Under the pieces are notes generated by a model, which was not told the DNA's origin, did not search any database, and saw only the letters and a list, made by a program, of their open reading frames with translations. A stretch of DNA of 64,000 nt. Source: Azolla caroliniana. Its lineage: Eukaryota > Plantae > Polypodiophyta. The stretch is from assembly GCA_043228905.1 (NCBI GenBank), contig JBHGNT010000003.1, positions 10,912,001-10,976,000 of the forward strand. The letters are read 5' to 3'. Below are positions 27,290 through 40,100 of this stretch, piece by piece (within the stretch, counting starts at the first letter, position 1; the number at the start of each line of letters is the position of its first letter). Position numbers and translations under genes: made by a program.

Positions 27290-28130
27290 TTCTAGAACGA
27301 TGAATGAAGACGACGACGGAGGCAAATACAAATTTTCATCATGGTCTGAGGAATATATATATACAGAACTCGAGTGATGAATGGCAAGATGGTTGTAGTG
27401 GAAAATGAAGCTGATCTATTTTGAAAGGATGAGTGAAGGTGGTGGTGGAGGTAGAAGCAAGGTTTCATGAGAGGTTGAGGAGAGTGGATTCATTTAGGTT
27501 TTTGTGCGTAAAGGACTCGGGCGCTGAATAGCAGGATGCTTGTAGTGGAAAGCGAAGCTAATTTAATTTTGGAAGGATGAGTGAAGATGGTGGTGGAGGT
27601 AGAAGCAAGATTTCATGAGGGTGGAGGTATAGGACTCGGGTGATGAATGGCAAGAGGATTTTGATGCAAAATGGAGAGAGAGTTGATGTGGATGTTTTCG
27701 AAGCATTTTTAGTTATTTTCAGTTTTCAGAATGATGAGTGAAGATGGTGTCAGAGGTAGAAGCAAGGTTTTATGAGGGTGAGGAGAGTGGATTAATTCTG
27801 TTTTGTGTAGGTACAGGAAATTGTTGAAAATAGAGAGATACACGACTCGGGCAGTGACTAGCAAGATGGATGTTGTGGAAAAGGAAGCTGTTTATTTTTG
27901 AAAGGATGAGCGAGGATGTTGTCAAGGATTGAAGCAAAAGGTCATGAGTGGACGAGGACAACTAATTTTTTCTTGGTTGTCTATGCAAGAATTTCAAGGA
28001 AAATGGAGAGATGGCTGATGTGGAAATATTTGAAGCACGTTTTTGGTTTTTAGTTTATACAACGATGAGCAAAGATAGTGGCGGAGGCAAAAGCAAATTT
28101 TAGTGAGGGTCTGAGGAGAGTGGATTTTAG
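27290..28130 (+). repeat. Degenerate tandem repeats in the LINE 3' region
   Basis: About six recurrences of gatgagtgaagatggtggtggaggtagaagcaaggtttcatgag with variable spacing of ~130-170 bp. Confidence 0.7.
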
Positions 28131-28153
28131 TAGAGAACTAGTATTTTCATATG

Positions 28154-28585
<432 letters not shown>

Positions 28586-28599
28586 TTATAATAATCAAA

Positions 28600-29100
28600 A
28601 GAGACGATTTGTCCATGGATGTGAATATCAGAGTTTTCTGCATGCATTTTGAAAGCTTGTGGGTGCATTACATCCACAAACAAGGGCAAGGAGATACATT
28701 TCAATGCTGAGAGGAAAGAGCTTTTCTGAAAAAGCCAACTTGTTGGAAATGCACTAGTAGATATCATGTGAAAAGTGTTGGAAATGTGGCATGACCAAAA
28801 GGCAATGTTTGACAAAATTCCTATAGGTGATACACTGACATGGAACACATTGTTTACAGGTTATGTGCACTAGGAGCTTCAAGGGCAGACTCTTAATGCT
28901 TTTGAGCTGATGCAAAAGAAGAGAATCTCTCTTCTAATTCTGTCACATTTGCAGGATATGGCCAAGTTGGAGGAATTGAAAATGTTGTCTCTATATTTGA
29001 CCAGATGAGAAGAAATGGAGTTTTAGCAAATGCGGTTGGAAATGCTTGTAGTCATACAACCATGGTAGATAAAGGTCAAATATATTGTGAAGCCATGGTG
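28600..29100 (+). pseudogene. PLS-PPR gene fragments
   Basis: VGNALVD, TWNTLFTGY, GYGQVGGIENVVSIFDQMRRNGV and NACSHTTMVDKGQIYCEAM motifs with frameshifts. Confidence 0.75.
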
Positions 29101-30114
29101 ATGGGCGTTTATTTATATGTTGATCAACATGTGAGAATGGAAGAAGATGGATGAACATTGGGTCTTAGCCAATTATCACATGAGATGGGAAAAAGAGTCA
29201 TGTATGTGTGTCCACCGTTATTTGTAGTCTTCTACTTTGAGTCTTTGAGTTTTTATTGGACTATCATGGCCACATCTTTTATGATGTTGTCGGACTAATC
29301 ATTTTCTCATGTATGTAGAATTTATACTAATGAAGAATATTGTTTTGGAAAAAAAAAACTTGTCGAGGAATTCTTTTAAATGCAAGTGGTTTACTAATAC
29401 TACTGTTATCTATAGAAGTATTGTCCGCTTCTAAGCTTACATGAAGAGGGCCATCAACAGGATCAATTGGAAAAAGAGAATTCGAGCTACTAGGAGCCTC
29501 AATTTTCTATTTTTGACGTGAGCCTTTCGAATGTCTCTTGTAATCGTACTCTTCTATTGAGAAATATGAGTTGTTGGACAAAGAAAAGGGGGCAATAGAA
29601 AAAAAAGACGTTCTACTTGTAGAAGAAGACATTCTCAAAACTATCAAGACAAACCCTGTGGCACTACCATCAAAAGGCTATATACCGAACTCCTCTATAG
29701 AAAAGATTTAGGAATGTTGAATCTTTACTATATAACTATTAGAACTAGCCATGACTTATTGGTTACACTATAACACTATTTAGGAAGAGAAATTTCAAAA
29801 AATTAAAATTAAAAATTAATTTTTATTTAAAAAAAAAACATTTATATATAATGAAGTTTCAAATTTCATTTTCATTATCGCGACAAAGAATCCATCGAGC
29901 TTAGACTAATTTCAAGCACTCCGAAGCACTACCTCCGCTAGGCATCATGAACAAGGGAAAGAAGATCGCCAGGTTAGCAATATTCTTTACATTTTTTAAG
30001 ATTCTAAAAGATCCCTTAAAGATTCCTTTTCACAATAAGCAATAATCTCCAAATATTTTGTTAAGGAAACACATCATCAAATTATAATGCACTTAAACTT
30101 CACTAGATGGTTAA

Positions 30115-30440
30115 GGAGAAGTCATGTCACAATCCTTAGCAGTGCATGGGATTGTGGTTGAATGAAGGCATTCAACCAAAATCCGATGTAGTGCATCGGA
30201 TTTTGGTGGAAGATAGCCCTCCTTTCAACCAAAATCCGATGCACTGCATCGGATTGTGGTTGAAGGCCTTGATTCAACCACAATCCCATGCACTGGTAAG
30301 GATTGTGACATGACTTCTCCCTCCTTGATTCAACCACAATCCCTCCTTTCAAAGAAAATCCGATGCAGTGCAATGGATTTTCATTGAAAGGTCATCCTTT
30401 CAACGAAAATCTGATGCACTGCATTGGATTTTCGTTGAAA
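30115..30440. repeat. Array of ~6 palindromic units within a larger inverted repeat
   Basis: Unit TTCAACCAAAATCCGATGCACTGCATCGGATTGTGGTTGAA; 30115-30170 is nearly the reverse complement of 30267-30320. Confidence 0.9.
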
Positions 30441-32098
30441 AAATAGGGTTTTGCAGATAGAAAATTTATGTCCCTCATCACAGTTTTCTCATCATTTTGA
30501 TACTATTTTTAGTGTTTTGCGTTTAATTGTTCTTTATTTTACTGCTTTCTCCATCGTTTTTGTTCAAATAGTATGGTCTTGTTCATAATTAACCTAAATA
30601 GGATGTTGTCTTAATTTCAGTGACTCTCGTCAAAAAGTTCCTTCATTTAAACTAAAGATTCAAACTCCAACAAAGATGTCTCTAGAAGAACTCTATTTGA
30701 CTCGATGAGGGATGGAGCATCTAAGTCTTCTGTTGCAACAACCAAAAATAACAAGGGTGGGGCCCAGGAAGAGAAAACATCTGAACTTAAATATAAGAGT
30801 TTATAATTTCACTTTTTAATCATTTTTTGAACTGTAATTTGTATATACATATGATTGGTCACCATGCTCTTCTTCAGTTTGGGGTATTAACATGATATTA
30901 TACTTTCTCATTTCTCCTAGCATGATTATATACATGAACTTGTGAATGTTCGTGATAATAAAAAGTTTTCAGTTAGCTACGTTCCAAGTTTGTTGGTTTC
31001 AAATAGTATAAATGAACGTGGTACATAATTGTTACTCTTACCAATTAAATTGTGATGGATTATATGACATTATACAACGAAACTATCGATATACCCGTCC
31101 AACAAGTGGGGGACTACTTTTTTCCTCAACCCTAAACCACATATTAACATTTAGGGTTTATGTAGTTTTACTCTACAATTTGAATATGGATACCAAATAA
31201 AGATGTTTAATATTCAACCTAGTATTCAATTGTATGCATGCATTGTACATTTTCGAAATCATGCTAAATTAGGGTACTTTTCTGCATCTCACCAACTATG
31301 GCAAAAGAGAATACGACATATTACCTGTTTCAAATGACCCGGTGTTACCCCAAAGTTCGCGCTTAACTTGGGCGTATCCTCGTTGCCGCTCACTTAACAC
31401 CTTCGTACCGTATCAGATGGCGAACCGCGTTCCGGCCTCGTCCTCCTCGTTAATTATCCACCCGATTCCGATCGGACTTGTGTCAACTGTATCGAAAATT
31501 GGAGAGTCCTTATACACTACTTCCCAAAGGGTCAGTGCCGCCGTCAACATCCCCTTTAGTCTCCGAATCGCCTCCAAGTGCTCTTCAGCAAGCCGTAGAG
31601 GGCCTCTGCGATATGTGCATAACAGGGAATCCAAATGTGGTAGTAGGCACATGCTCCCAGGAGCCGTTGGACTTCCGTGACCGACCTGCACTGTTCCTTC
31701 ATCGCCAAGATGGCCTCTACCTTTGCCGGAGATGGTTTCCAGCCGTATGGTCCAGATAGGTGTCCGACCACCATGATTTCTGATTGTCCGAATGCCGACT
31801 TCTCCCTAGAGAAGGTAAGCTGAGCACCCTCCAACCTTTGCATTATCTTCTCGCAATCAGAGATGTGGTCCGCAATGAATTTCCATCATCCATCCGTTCC
31901 AACCGTTTCGTCCTTCGCGTCCTTTGGACATCCCTTGATTGGGATGTCGTCCAGAAACAACATGGTGATGTCCGGGATGCAATCCCTCAACACCTTGTTC
32001 ATTGCATTCACCATGTGTGCCACCGAATTGGTATCTCCCTGTCGAGAATCGTGACTGGCCACAATCGGCTTCTCATTCGGGTGTTCGAGTGTAGGGAA

Positions 32099-32796
32099 TG
32101 TAAAGTAGAATGCACTCAGACAGAGTACGAAAACAGAAATAACACAAGAGATAGAAACACTCGATTTTAACGTGAAAACCTGAAATGGGAAAAACCACAA
32201 GGGTCCACAAACCCCAAGAAACAGAATCACTATCCTAGAAGGAGGAGTACAACTAGAATTTCCGAGGCAACCACCTCGAGCTTCTACTTCGTCAATAGTC
32301 GGCTACAGAGTTACACACGCTCTCACTCTCACTCACTTACTGTTACACAATTACAAAGGCAATGAACTTCTAAGTAACCTTTTTAACAATAACTCATCAT
32401 CCTCACATTATGATTGCCCTAAGTACTTATACTAGTACACCTTTTGGGTTATTTACAAGTGTAGCCCATAAGGGCATATTTAGACTATTTACAAGTATAG
32501 TCTTCCGAGTTGGCTGTCTACACAATTTCGGTTTCGGCCGAGGCCAAGTTCCTCATCAACTCGGCTCTTCGCTTCCCATCCGGAGGGACCTGTTTCCTAA
32601 CAAACTCCCCCTTCACTCCGGCATGGGGTACTGCACTAATCCGATCTTCCGTTGGCACGTGCTCAGCTTTTCGGTTGGTAACACTTTAGTCAATATATTT
32701 GATCCATTTTCGGCAGTGTGGACCTTCACTAGAGTGAACTCCCTTTCTTCTACCCTCTCCCGGAGCCAATGATACCTCCGTTGGATGTGCTTTGTA
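32099..32796 (-). mobile_element. Copia 3' end (RNase H tail, PPT, 3' LTR 32099-32602)
   Basis: KHIQRRYHWLRERVEE...ILTKVLP; PPT GAGTGAAGGGGGAG before TGTTAGG; related to 44393-45003. Confidence 0.8.
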
Positions 32797-33450
32797 CCTT
32801 ATCGAACACATCGGCATAATGACGATAGTTGTCTGGAAGTTGAACTATGGACTCCTCTTTAGTGGTGTTGGAAGGTTTTATTGATACTACAAAGATAAAC
32901 ATTGCTTCCTTGCGTCATTCCTCATGCAATTGATGTAGTGAAATGGTTGCAATCTTATGAGTAGATCCTCGAGTCTGTCGATACCGGATTTCTCTTGTTC
33001 TCCAATTTATGTCTGGGTTGTGTAGTTTGAACCATGGTAATCCCAAAACAATGGGACGTTCTCGGCTACTAATTATATTGAATGATACTTCACACGCTAA
33101 ATTATCTAAGACAATATTAATTGGCTCTGACTCTTCTATGATATTTCCGGAAGCAATGGGACGACCGTCAATGACTACTACAGAGGCTGGACAAGGAGTT
33201 TTCTTAGGGATATCTGATGAGCTTGGGAAAAATTCCTATCCATGAAGCAAGAATTAGCCCCGGAATCTAGGAGTGCTAAGACATGTTCTAGAGGGGTACT
33301 TTTATTACTAACTATTACTAGAGCTAAGAACACATTGCTAACTTGTTTAGAGGGAATGGGACCACTAATGGGCTACACAGATCTAGGGCTGTCCAACCAA
33401 ACGACTCCTATTTTGGCTGAATTTAATCGTTTAACTCTTTTTCTAACTAA
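32797..33450 (-). mobile_element. Chromovirus-like Gypsy protease fragment
   Basis: ALLDSGANSCFMD, VIDGRPI, IVLGLPWFKLHNPDINW and YADVFDK motifs. Confidence 0.7.
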
Positions 33451-33499
33451 CTAAGGACATCAAATTTGTTTGATAGACTTGGGCTATTAGTACTATTAG

Positions 33500-34534
33500 T
33501 ACTATCAGACACTCCTACCGAACGTCAACTTGGTGGACGATATTTAACCAAGTCCTTTACCAAAGGACAATCCAAGCTCTACCGAGCTAAGTGGCCAACA
33601 TGAGCCTTCACGCGACCAAAGCATGTCGTGGCCAAGTCCGAACTTGGACAAAAGCAAGAGTAAGATTCCTGAATATGAAGTCAATCACCCTTACGACAAT
33701 GATTCGGATTGTCAGCTCGCTCACTAGACATTGAGTTTGGTGAAAACATCATGCGGACACCCGGAGTAAAGAAGGCACTCACATCGGCAAGCAAAAAACT
33801 TTGACGCTTATCTAGATAGAAGAATCTCGTTGCTTGGCTCAGCTACAATGAGTACATGGCCCATCATTATGCCTTCCCGATGAAGATAGCGGCCGAACAA
33901 GAGCCTGAGAGCTCTACTGAAGCGGCTCGTGACCCACGATGGGTGGAAGCAGTCGGCCTTTGCGCATTTCACACTACAATCCTTTATCACCGGCTTGAGG
34001 GGGAGGAACTAAGACTGCCTTAGAAAGGCCAAAGGCCGGACGGAAGGCGACGAAAGCCAAAGCGGACGTCGGATGCCTCACACTTGAGCTTGAGGGGGCG
34101 TGTTGAGATATCAAGCTCAACTTGATTTAGGTAGCTAGTCAACACACGTAACTTAGTAGTTACCTAGATAGAATCTAGTTAGTGAGTTGACCTTAAAGCC
34201 TTAAATAGGATTTTGTACTTGAGTGGGATACATTGTAGATCCTCCACTCCCCTGTTCATTTAATATAGGACTTAGACCGTGGTACCTATATTCTACTCAC
34301 ACATGTGCACCTTTGCAATTGAGATGTATATATACCTCTTTGTGGGTATTTTTGTATTTGATGATGCTTTTTAAAATAGTTAATCATCCCCCATCTTGTC
34401 TCGTTCTTCATAAGTGTTCTTTCTCTCTTCCTATCTCACTCTCATATACTTACACACACATCACATAATCTTCCGTTTCTTAATGACATAATTAGGTACT
34501 AATTAACCTGTAGTTAATTACCTAATTCTTAACA
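33500..34534 (+). mobile_element. Deleted Copia derivative with 3' LTR 34101-34534
   Basis: EPESSTEAARDPRWVEA pre-RT motif; PPT TTGAGGGGGCG followed by TGTTG...TAACA. Confidence 0.65.
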
Positions 34535-36847
34535 TAATTGAACTGACTGGAATCATCCGGTCTTCGCCTAGATCCTCTTCAACTACCTTCTCAATCTCCA
34601 CGATGGTGGCGGTGAATGCGACCGCCTCCATGGCACCACGGATCTCATCATTGGCGCCCAAGGCCCCGCAAGCCTTCAAGCGCCCTTCGACCTATCTTTT
34701 CTCCCAGCCACCGGTTATGTTACAACCTCCATTAATAGAGAGCCAAAATTTCCCAGTCAATGATCGAGTCGTGGAACTCTTTCTTTGCGATTCCCAGTAC
34801 TTCTCTTAATGAGAGTTCCACCCTACTGTCGAGGATCTGCTCCTCTAAGACCTTCTACAACTCTGCTGTCTTCTCGATCTCCGAGCTCAACCGGAAGCTC
34901 GGGAACTTCATCTTCTCGTTTGAGCCAACCGGGCCCCTGCTATTTTTTTTCGATCCACTCTGGGAATCGTTTTGGTTAGAGGGACTGGCCCCTCCGGACT
35001 TCCTAGCCCACTTGTCCTCAACATGAACCTTGTAGTTTTGGCATGCGGCTTCCACGAAGCCGATTTTCTCCTTCATCGGATCGCTCTAACCGGTGACCTC
35101 TCGGACCCGCATCTCCCCACGATCCGCCTCTTCCCTCTTCAGCTTCTTCTCGGAGAAGCCTTCCATTATAACCGGACAAAATCTCGAGTTGGTTCTGGAT
35201 CCTCAACATGTCGTGTTGCATCTTCTTCCATTATCCTCTTCATCCCCCCTCGGCCGATGTTCATCTCAAGGGGTTTCTGGGTCTTACAAGTGTGTGCCCA
35301 ACATTGTTCTTGAGCATGTCAGTAAAATTAGTATGGTCTTTGCGAACGTGCCCGACAACATCCCACTGCATGCATCTCTGGTCTATTGGTGGGCGCCGAT
35401 CACGTAATTGACCGCCGCCTTCCTCCGAGCCTGAGCAATCTGGAGGTTCCGAACCATCTTCGTTAGCTCCTCCTGCACTGCGCCCCCAAAGGCCCCTTTA
35501 CCATGTTGGTCTGAATCGCACCCGAATCGAACCACCTTCTCGTTTCTTCCAACCGAGTCGGAATCTCCTCCGACATCTTCTCGAAAGTCGGGCCGATCGT
35601 CGATGTCCCCACGTCGTTCCATTCCTACCGCTTGTCAAACGACTGCAGACTGCCTTAACCACAGCCTAGTCGGCCATGAGGCTGTCGTCCATCTCCAAGA
35701 GGACATCAACCTTCTCGCGGCCGTTATCCAACTTGATGAAAAATAGAACCTTGCTCGTGTCAAGCACGGTCCAATCTAGCGTCGATAATCACGCGAATCG
35801 TTTCTCGAATTCTTGGAGGAGCGTTGATGTATTCTGTCCTTTGTAAGGCGACTCAACCCACTCCATGAACACCCTTTACGAAAACCAAAGAGATTCTTCG
35901 AAGCCATAATTTTCGAGGAGGCGTCCCTCGAATTCCATCCAATTCCGACAATCGGCTTGGACCTTGAGCACTTCTGCATGAATGCTCGGCGTTACGACCT
36001 GAAGGAATTGGGACAGCCGTCTATCCTCTGGGATGTCCATCATTATCATTTCGGCCCGGTAGGCCTCCACATAGATTTTTGCGTCCTTCCCCATTAATTG
36101 GCCTATCGTGCCAACTATAGTTTCGATGGCTTTGTCGAGGCCACCCACACTTTCCCAAGCATTCACTAGGCGGTCGACATATACTGCTATTGCTTCAACA
36201 AGATTGCTTCCTCTTATTTCGAACTCCTTTGCCGCCCCCTTTAGCGTCGGGTTCACCAAAGATGTCGCGGATATCCGCGTGGATGTGTCGGAATGGGGTG
36301 GGACCACCAGGGTCCCGGACCAAGGAGTTCGTAAGGGAAGAGAGATTATTCGGGTCGATGTTTGGATATCGTCGCCCAAGCGTGGTCCGGACATGTATCC
36401 GATCCGGACCAATCTTTGGATGTCAGACAGTGAGCTTACAGCCTCAGAGACGTGTACTATTCCGGACCCATTGTCGGGTAGCAAGCGATGAGCTCACGGG
36501 TTCACACACTCGGATACTCACACGCAAATGAGAACGAACAGAGATAAAAACACGGGCAGAGACAAGAAAGACCAAAAATGCGGGAACAATGAGGTGGTGT
36601 ATTAATCTATAAAGAAGAGAATTATAACCCAGTTCTGAGCTCCCTACACACACACACACATAGACACTAGTGAGCCTTTGATCGGGAGCACACGGGCTAC
36701 CAACGCGAAACGGAGGCCTCACAACAAAATGACTGAAAAGCAGAGGATAGGAAAACTGGAATCTGTAGAGCTCGGTCCGGCATCACTTCGTTCTCCAATA
36801 TCATGGATACCCCCATCAGTTTTCTCTCCCTCCTTTTATAGCTTAAG

Positions 36848-37184
36848 CAGGCCCATTTACCCACTTATCCAGCATTTCGCCGGCAAGAGTTCCTAGCTGG
36901 TATGAACCCTTGAACCCCCACGTGATCCAATATGGTCCGGTCCACCAGAACCACAGCTTCCCTGGCATGTTACCCATTTGGGTCTGGAATACGAGCACCG
37001 GCTTGCCAACTCCAAACAGTTTCTCGTTGCCCTTTCGGTGACGGTCCACGAATGCTTTCCTCCGTCGTTGCTCCAGTTCCATCTGCATGATGCTCGCTAT
37101 CCGGTGCTCTTCCAGCTCACATAGTGCTGCTAACCAGATTTTCTCTGATTCCTTTTTACTTAGTCGCTCCCGGACCTATATCCG
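36848..37184 (-). mobile_element. Gypsy integrase C-terminal fragment of a different family
   Basis: PGKLWFWWTGPYWI...YQLGTLAGEMLDKWVNG (GPY motif). Confidence 0.75.
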
Positions 37185-40100
37185 TTGTCATGGCATGGCT
37201 CACCTAAAAGTGTAGTGTTGCGTAGACAGAAGATAACGTGAAAATGAGGAAGGAATCACGGGGATTTTGGACGAAAGAGACGAAAGAGTAGAAATAGATA
37301 AATAGTGATTCACAAGATATGACAAGATAGGATATAGAATGATAATTGAAGCAATAAAAGAGATTTATAATTATTTGATGAAAGAGTTACAAAATAGTTG
37401 CGAGCGTTGCGTAGGCATGAAATAATCGATCTTGATTCAACTTTTCAATAAACAACATTACCGGATCCATTGTACTCGTACTTGCCATGTTGATGTTGAT
37501 CTTTACTTTAGATGTCTCTTCTACTTCCCCGTTTCACATCGGGTTCACCAAATTGTGCCGCAGTGTGGCTCGCCTAGAAGCGTAGCGTTGCGTAGACAGA
37601 AGATAACGTGAAAATGAGGAAGGAATCACTGGGATTTTGGACGGAAGAGACGAAAGAGTAGAAATAGATAAATAGTGATCCACAAGATATGACAAGATAG
37701 GATATAGAATGATAATTGAAGCAATAAAAGAGATTTATAATTATTTGATGAAAGAGTTACAAAATAGTTGCAAGCGTTGTTGAATTCGAATTTTGACTCA
37801 CAAGGTAGACCACAATCTTTGCTTCTATCGCTCTTCTCTTTCTTGATAGTAGACCACAATCTTCTCTTCTATCTTGCAATGAGATAAGACTCGAACCTCC
37901 ACCCTTTTTGTTGAGAGTTGAGCAGCACAACCGCCAACTTAGAGCTTCTCTTGTATATTGACCTTCTTTTCTTCTTTCTCTATTGTGATATCACTTACAA
38001 CATAACTCTATTTGATATATATAATGTAGTTCTTTTGATATTGATCGATTCCTTCATTTCTTGTGACTATACTCCCTTCTCCTTTTATAGGAAAGAGATG
38101 GTTCTACATGCGGGCCATGTGGCGCACATGCAGAGAAGCTCTTGCATGTGTGCTATATGGTGCACATGTAGAGAGGCTCTTGCATGTGTGCTATATGGTG
38201 CACATGTGGTACATTTCATGGTTTAAACCATACAATACTACAACACATATATTTTATATATATCACAAGTATAGGCTAAATGGTAAGGTTTGAATGCCGG
38301 TAAGGTTGGGGTTGTTGGTTCAAGTCCCCTTTTGCCCATGTAATTTGCTATATGGTGTATTACATGGTTTAGACTATAAAATACTACTTCAAATAAAACA
38401 ACGCATATGATCTCTTGTAAATTGTTAGTATAGGCTAAATGGTAAGGCTAGAGTGGCATAAGGTGGGGATTATTGGCTCAAATCCTCTCTTGTCCATGTA
38501 ATATATAACATATATATTTATTTATTTACCTTTACATATAATGTATAATATTATCATAGTGTGTTGTTAATATTATCTTTATGTATAAAATATTATCAAG
38601 ATTTATTTTATTTTAGTTACGTATTTATCTTATTGTAGACTTTTAAGGTGAAGCTTTCATACTTCACGACATCCACCCCCTCTAGACCTGCACATCGTCT
38701 GACATGTGCCACTATCTTTCATCTTCATGTTGATCTATTGGAGGCTCAAGCTCGAACCTTTTCTTAAATACTTTTATCCTCTTTCCAGCTACCACGTTTA
38801 GGATTAGTGTCCCATCCAATTCACTAAGTTTATAAGTAAAGTTATCATATACTTTTTTCACTATGTAAGGCCCAAACCATCTTTCAGCAAACTTGCGGAC
38901 GGTGCTATGTTGATTATCTAAACTGTTATCATACACGAGCATCCAATCTCCTTCTTCTATTTTCTTAGGTCGAATTCTATGAGTTTTATCAAAATGAATT
39001 TTATTCTTTAGTCGAGCCTCCTTCAATCATTGGGCTACTATTTCTATATCTTTAGGTCAATGCTCTAATTGTTGAATTCGCAAAGCAAGTAATTCTTCTC
39101 TGCTCACCTCTTCTCTCCATGGAATAGATATCCATGACATAATTGATTCTTCTACCGACATGATGGGCTTTTGGCCAAGTATCAATTCAGCTAGCATGTA
39201 TCCTGTTACCGAACTATGAGTTGTTATCCGCCCATAGTGCATAAGGTAGCACGCGTGGCCAATCTCTTATTTTACCTTTACAACTTTTCATAATCGCCTT
39301 AACTATTGGGCTATGTCCTCTTTCAATCTTTCCATTGGCTTTTGGATTATACGCAGTTGTAAGTGATAATTTGACCCCTATTCGGTTGAAGAATTCTCTA
39401 GCTTCATCAGAGTCGAGTTCTCCTCTATCTGCAAGTATTTTACCAACACACCTGTAACGACATATTACATCTTCTAACAAAAATTTACATACAACTCTAG
39501 TTTTTTTTTGTCGTAGTGGTCTTCCTTCTACTTCGTTTGTAAGGTCTTCTCTTGCCAGTACTAAATATCGCATTTGACCTTCCCCAAGTGGCATTGTCAC
39601 TAGACCGACCATCCATTTATAATGCATTGATGATGAATATGTTGGTTTTAGCTCATCTCGATACCGGATAGTTGAATACCTCTGGCAGACCTCACAGGTT
39701 TCCACAAATTTCGTTACATCTTTATACATATGTGGCCACCAATACTTTTCTTTCAACTTCATAAATGTCGCCCATATGCCTCTATGTCCTGCCCACAAAC
39801 TATCATGGAATTCATTAATTAATTTTGTCTTAATGTCATCCTTACAAATGACTCGAAGAGGATTTTCAGTTGGCCATTATACTTACATTAAACTCATTAT
39901 GAGGCTTAATAGATACTTGATGAGCAACTTGATGGCTTGTAGTTGCCCAATTCTTATCTTCAGCTTGCATCACCCTTTCATTTATGAACCTTGCTCTTGA
40001 CAGCATATCTGTGATTGGGTTCTCTTTGCCCTTTATATGCCGTAATTTTGGGTTCATGGTTCTAATGTATGCAATCCACCGAAGCATTGCAATATCTGGT

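Noticed and set aside
30115-30440. CRISPR-like palindromic repeat-spacer array
   Set aside because: Spacers are only ~10 bp and partly repeated, the array is itself inverted, and it lies inside a plant DNA transposon.
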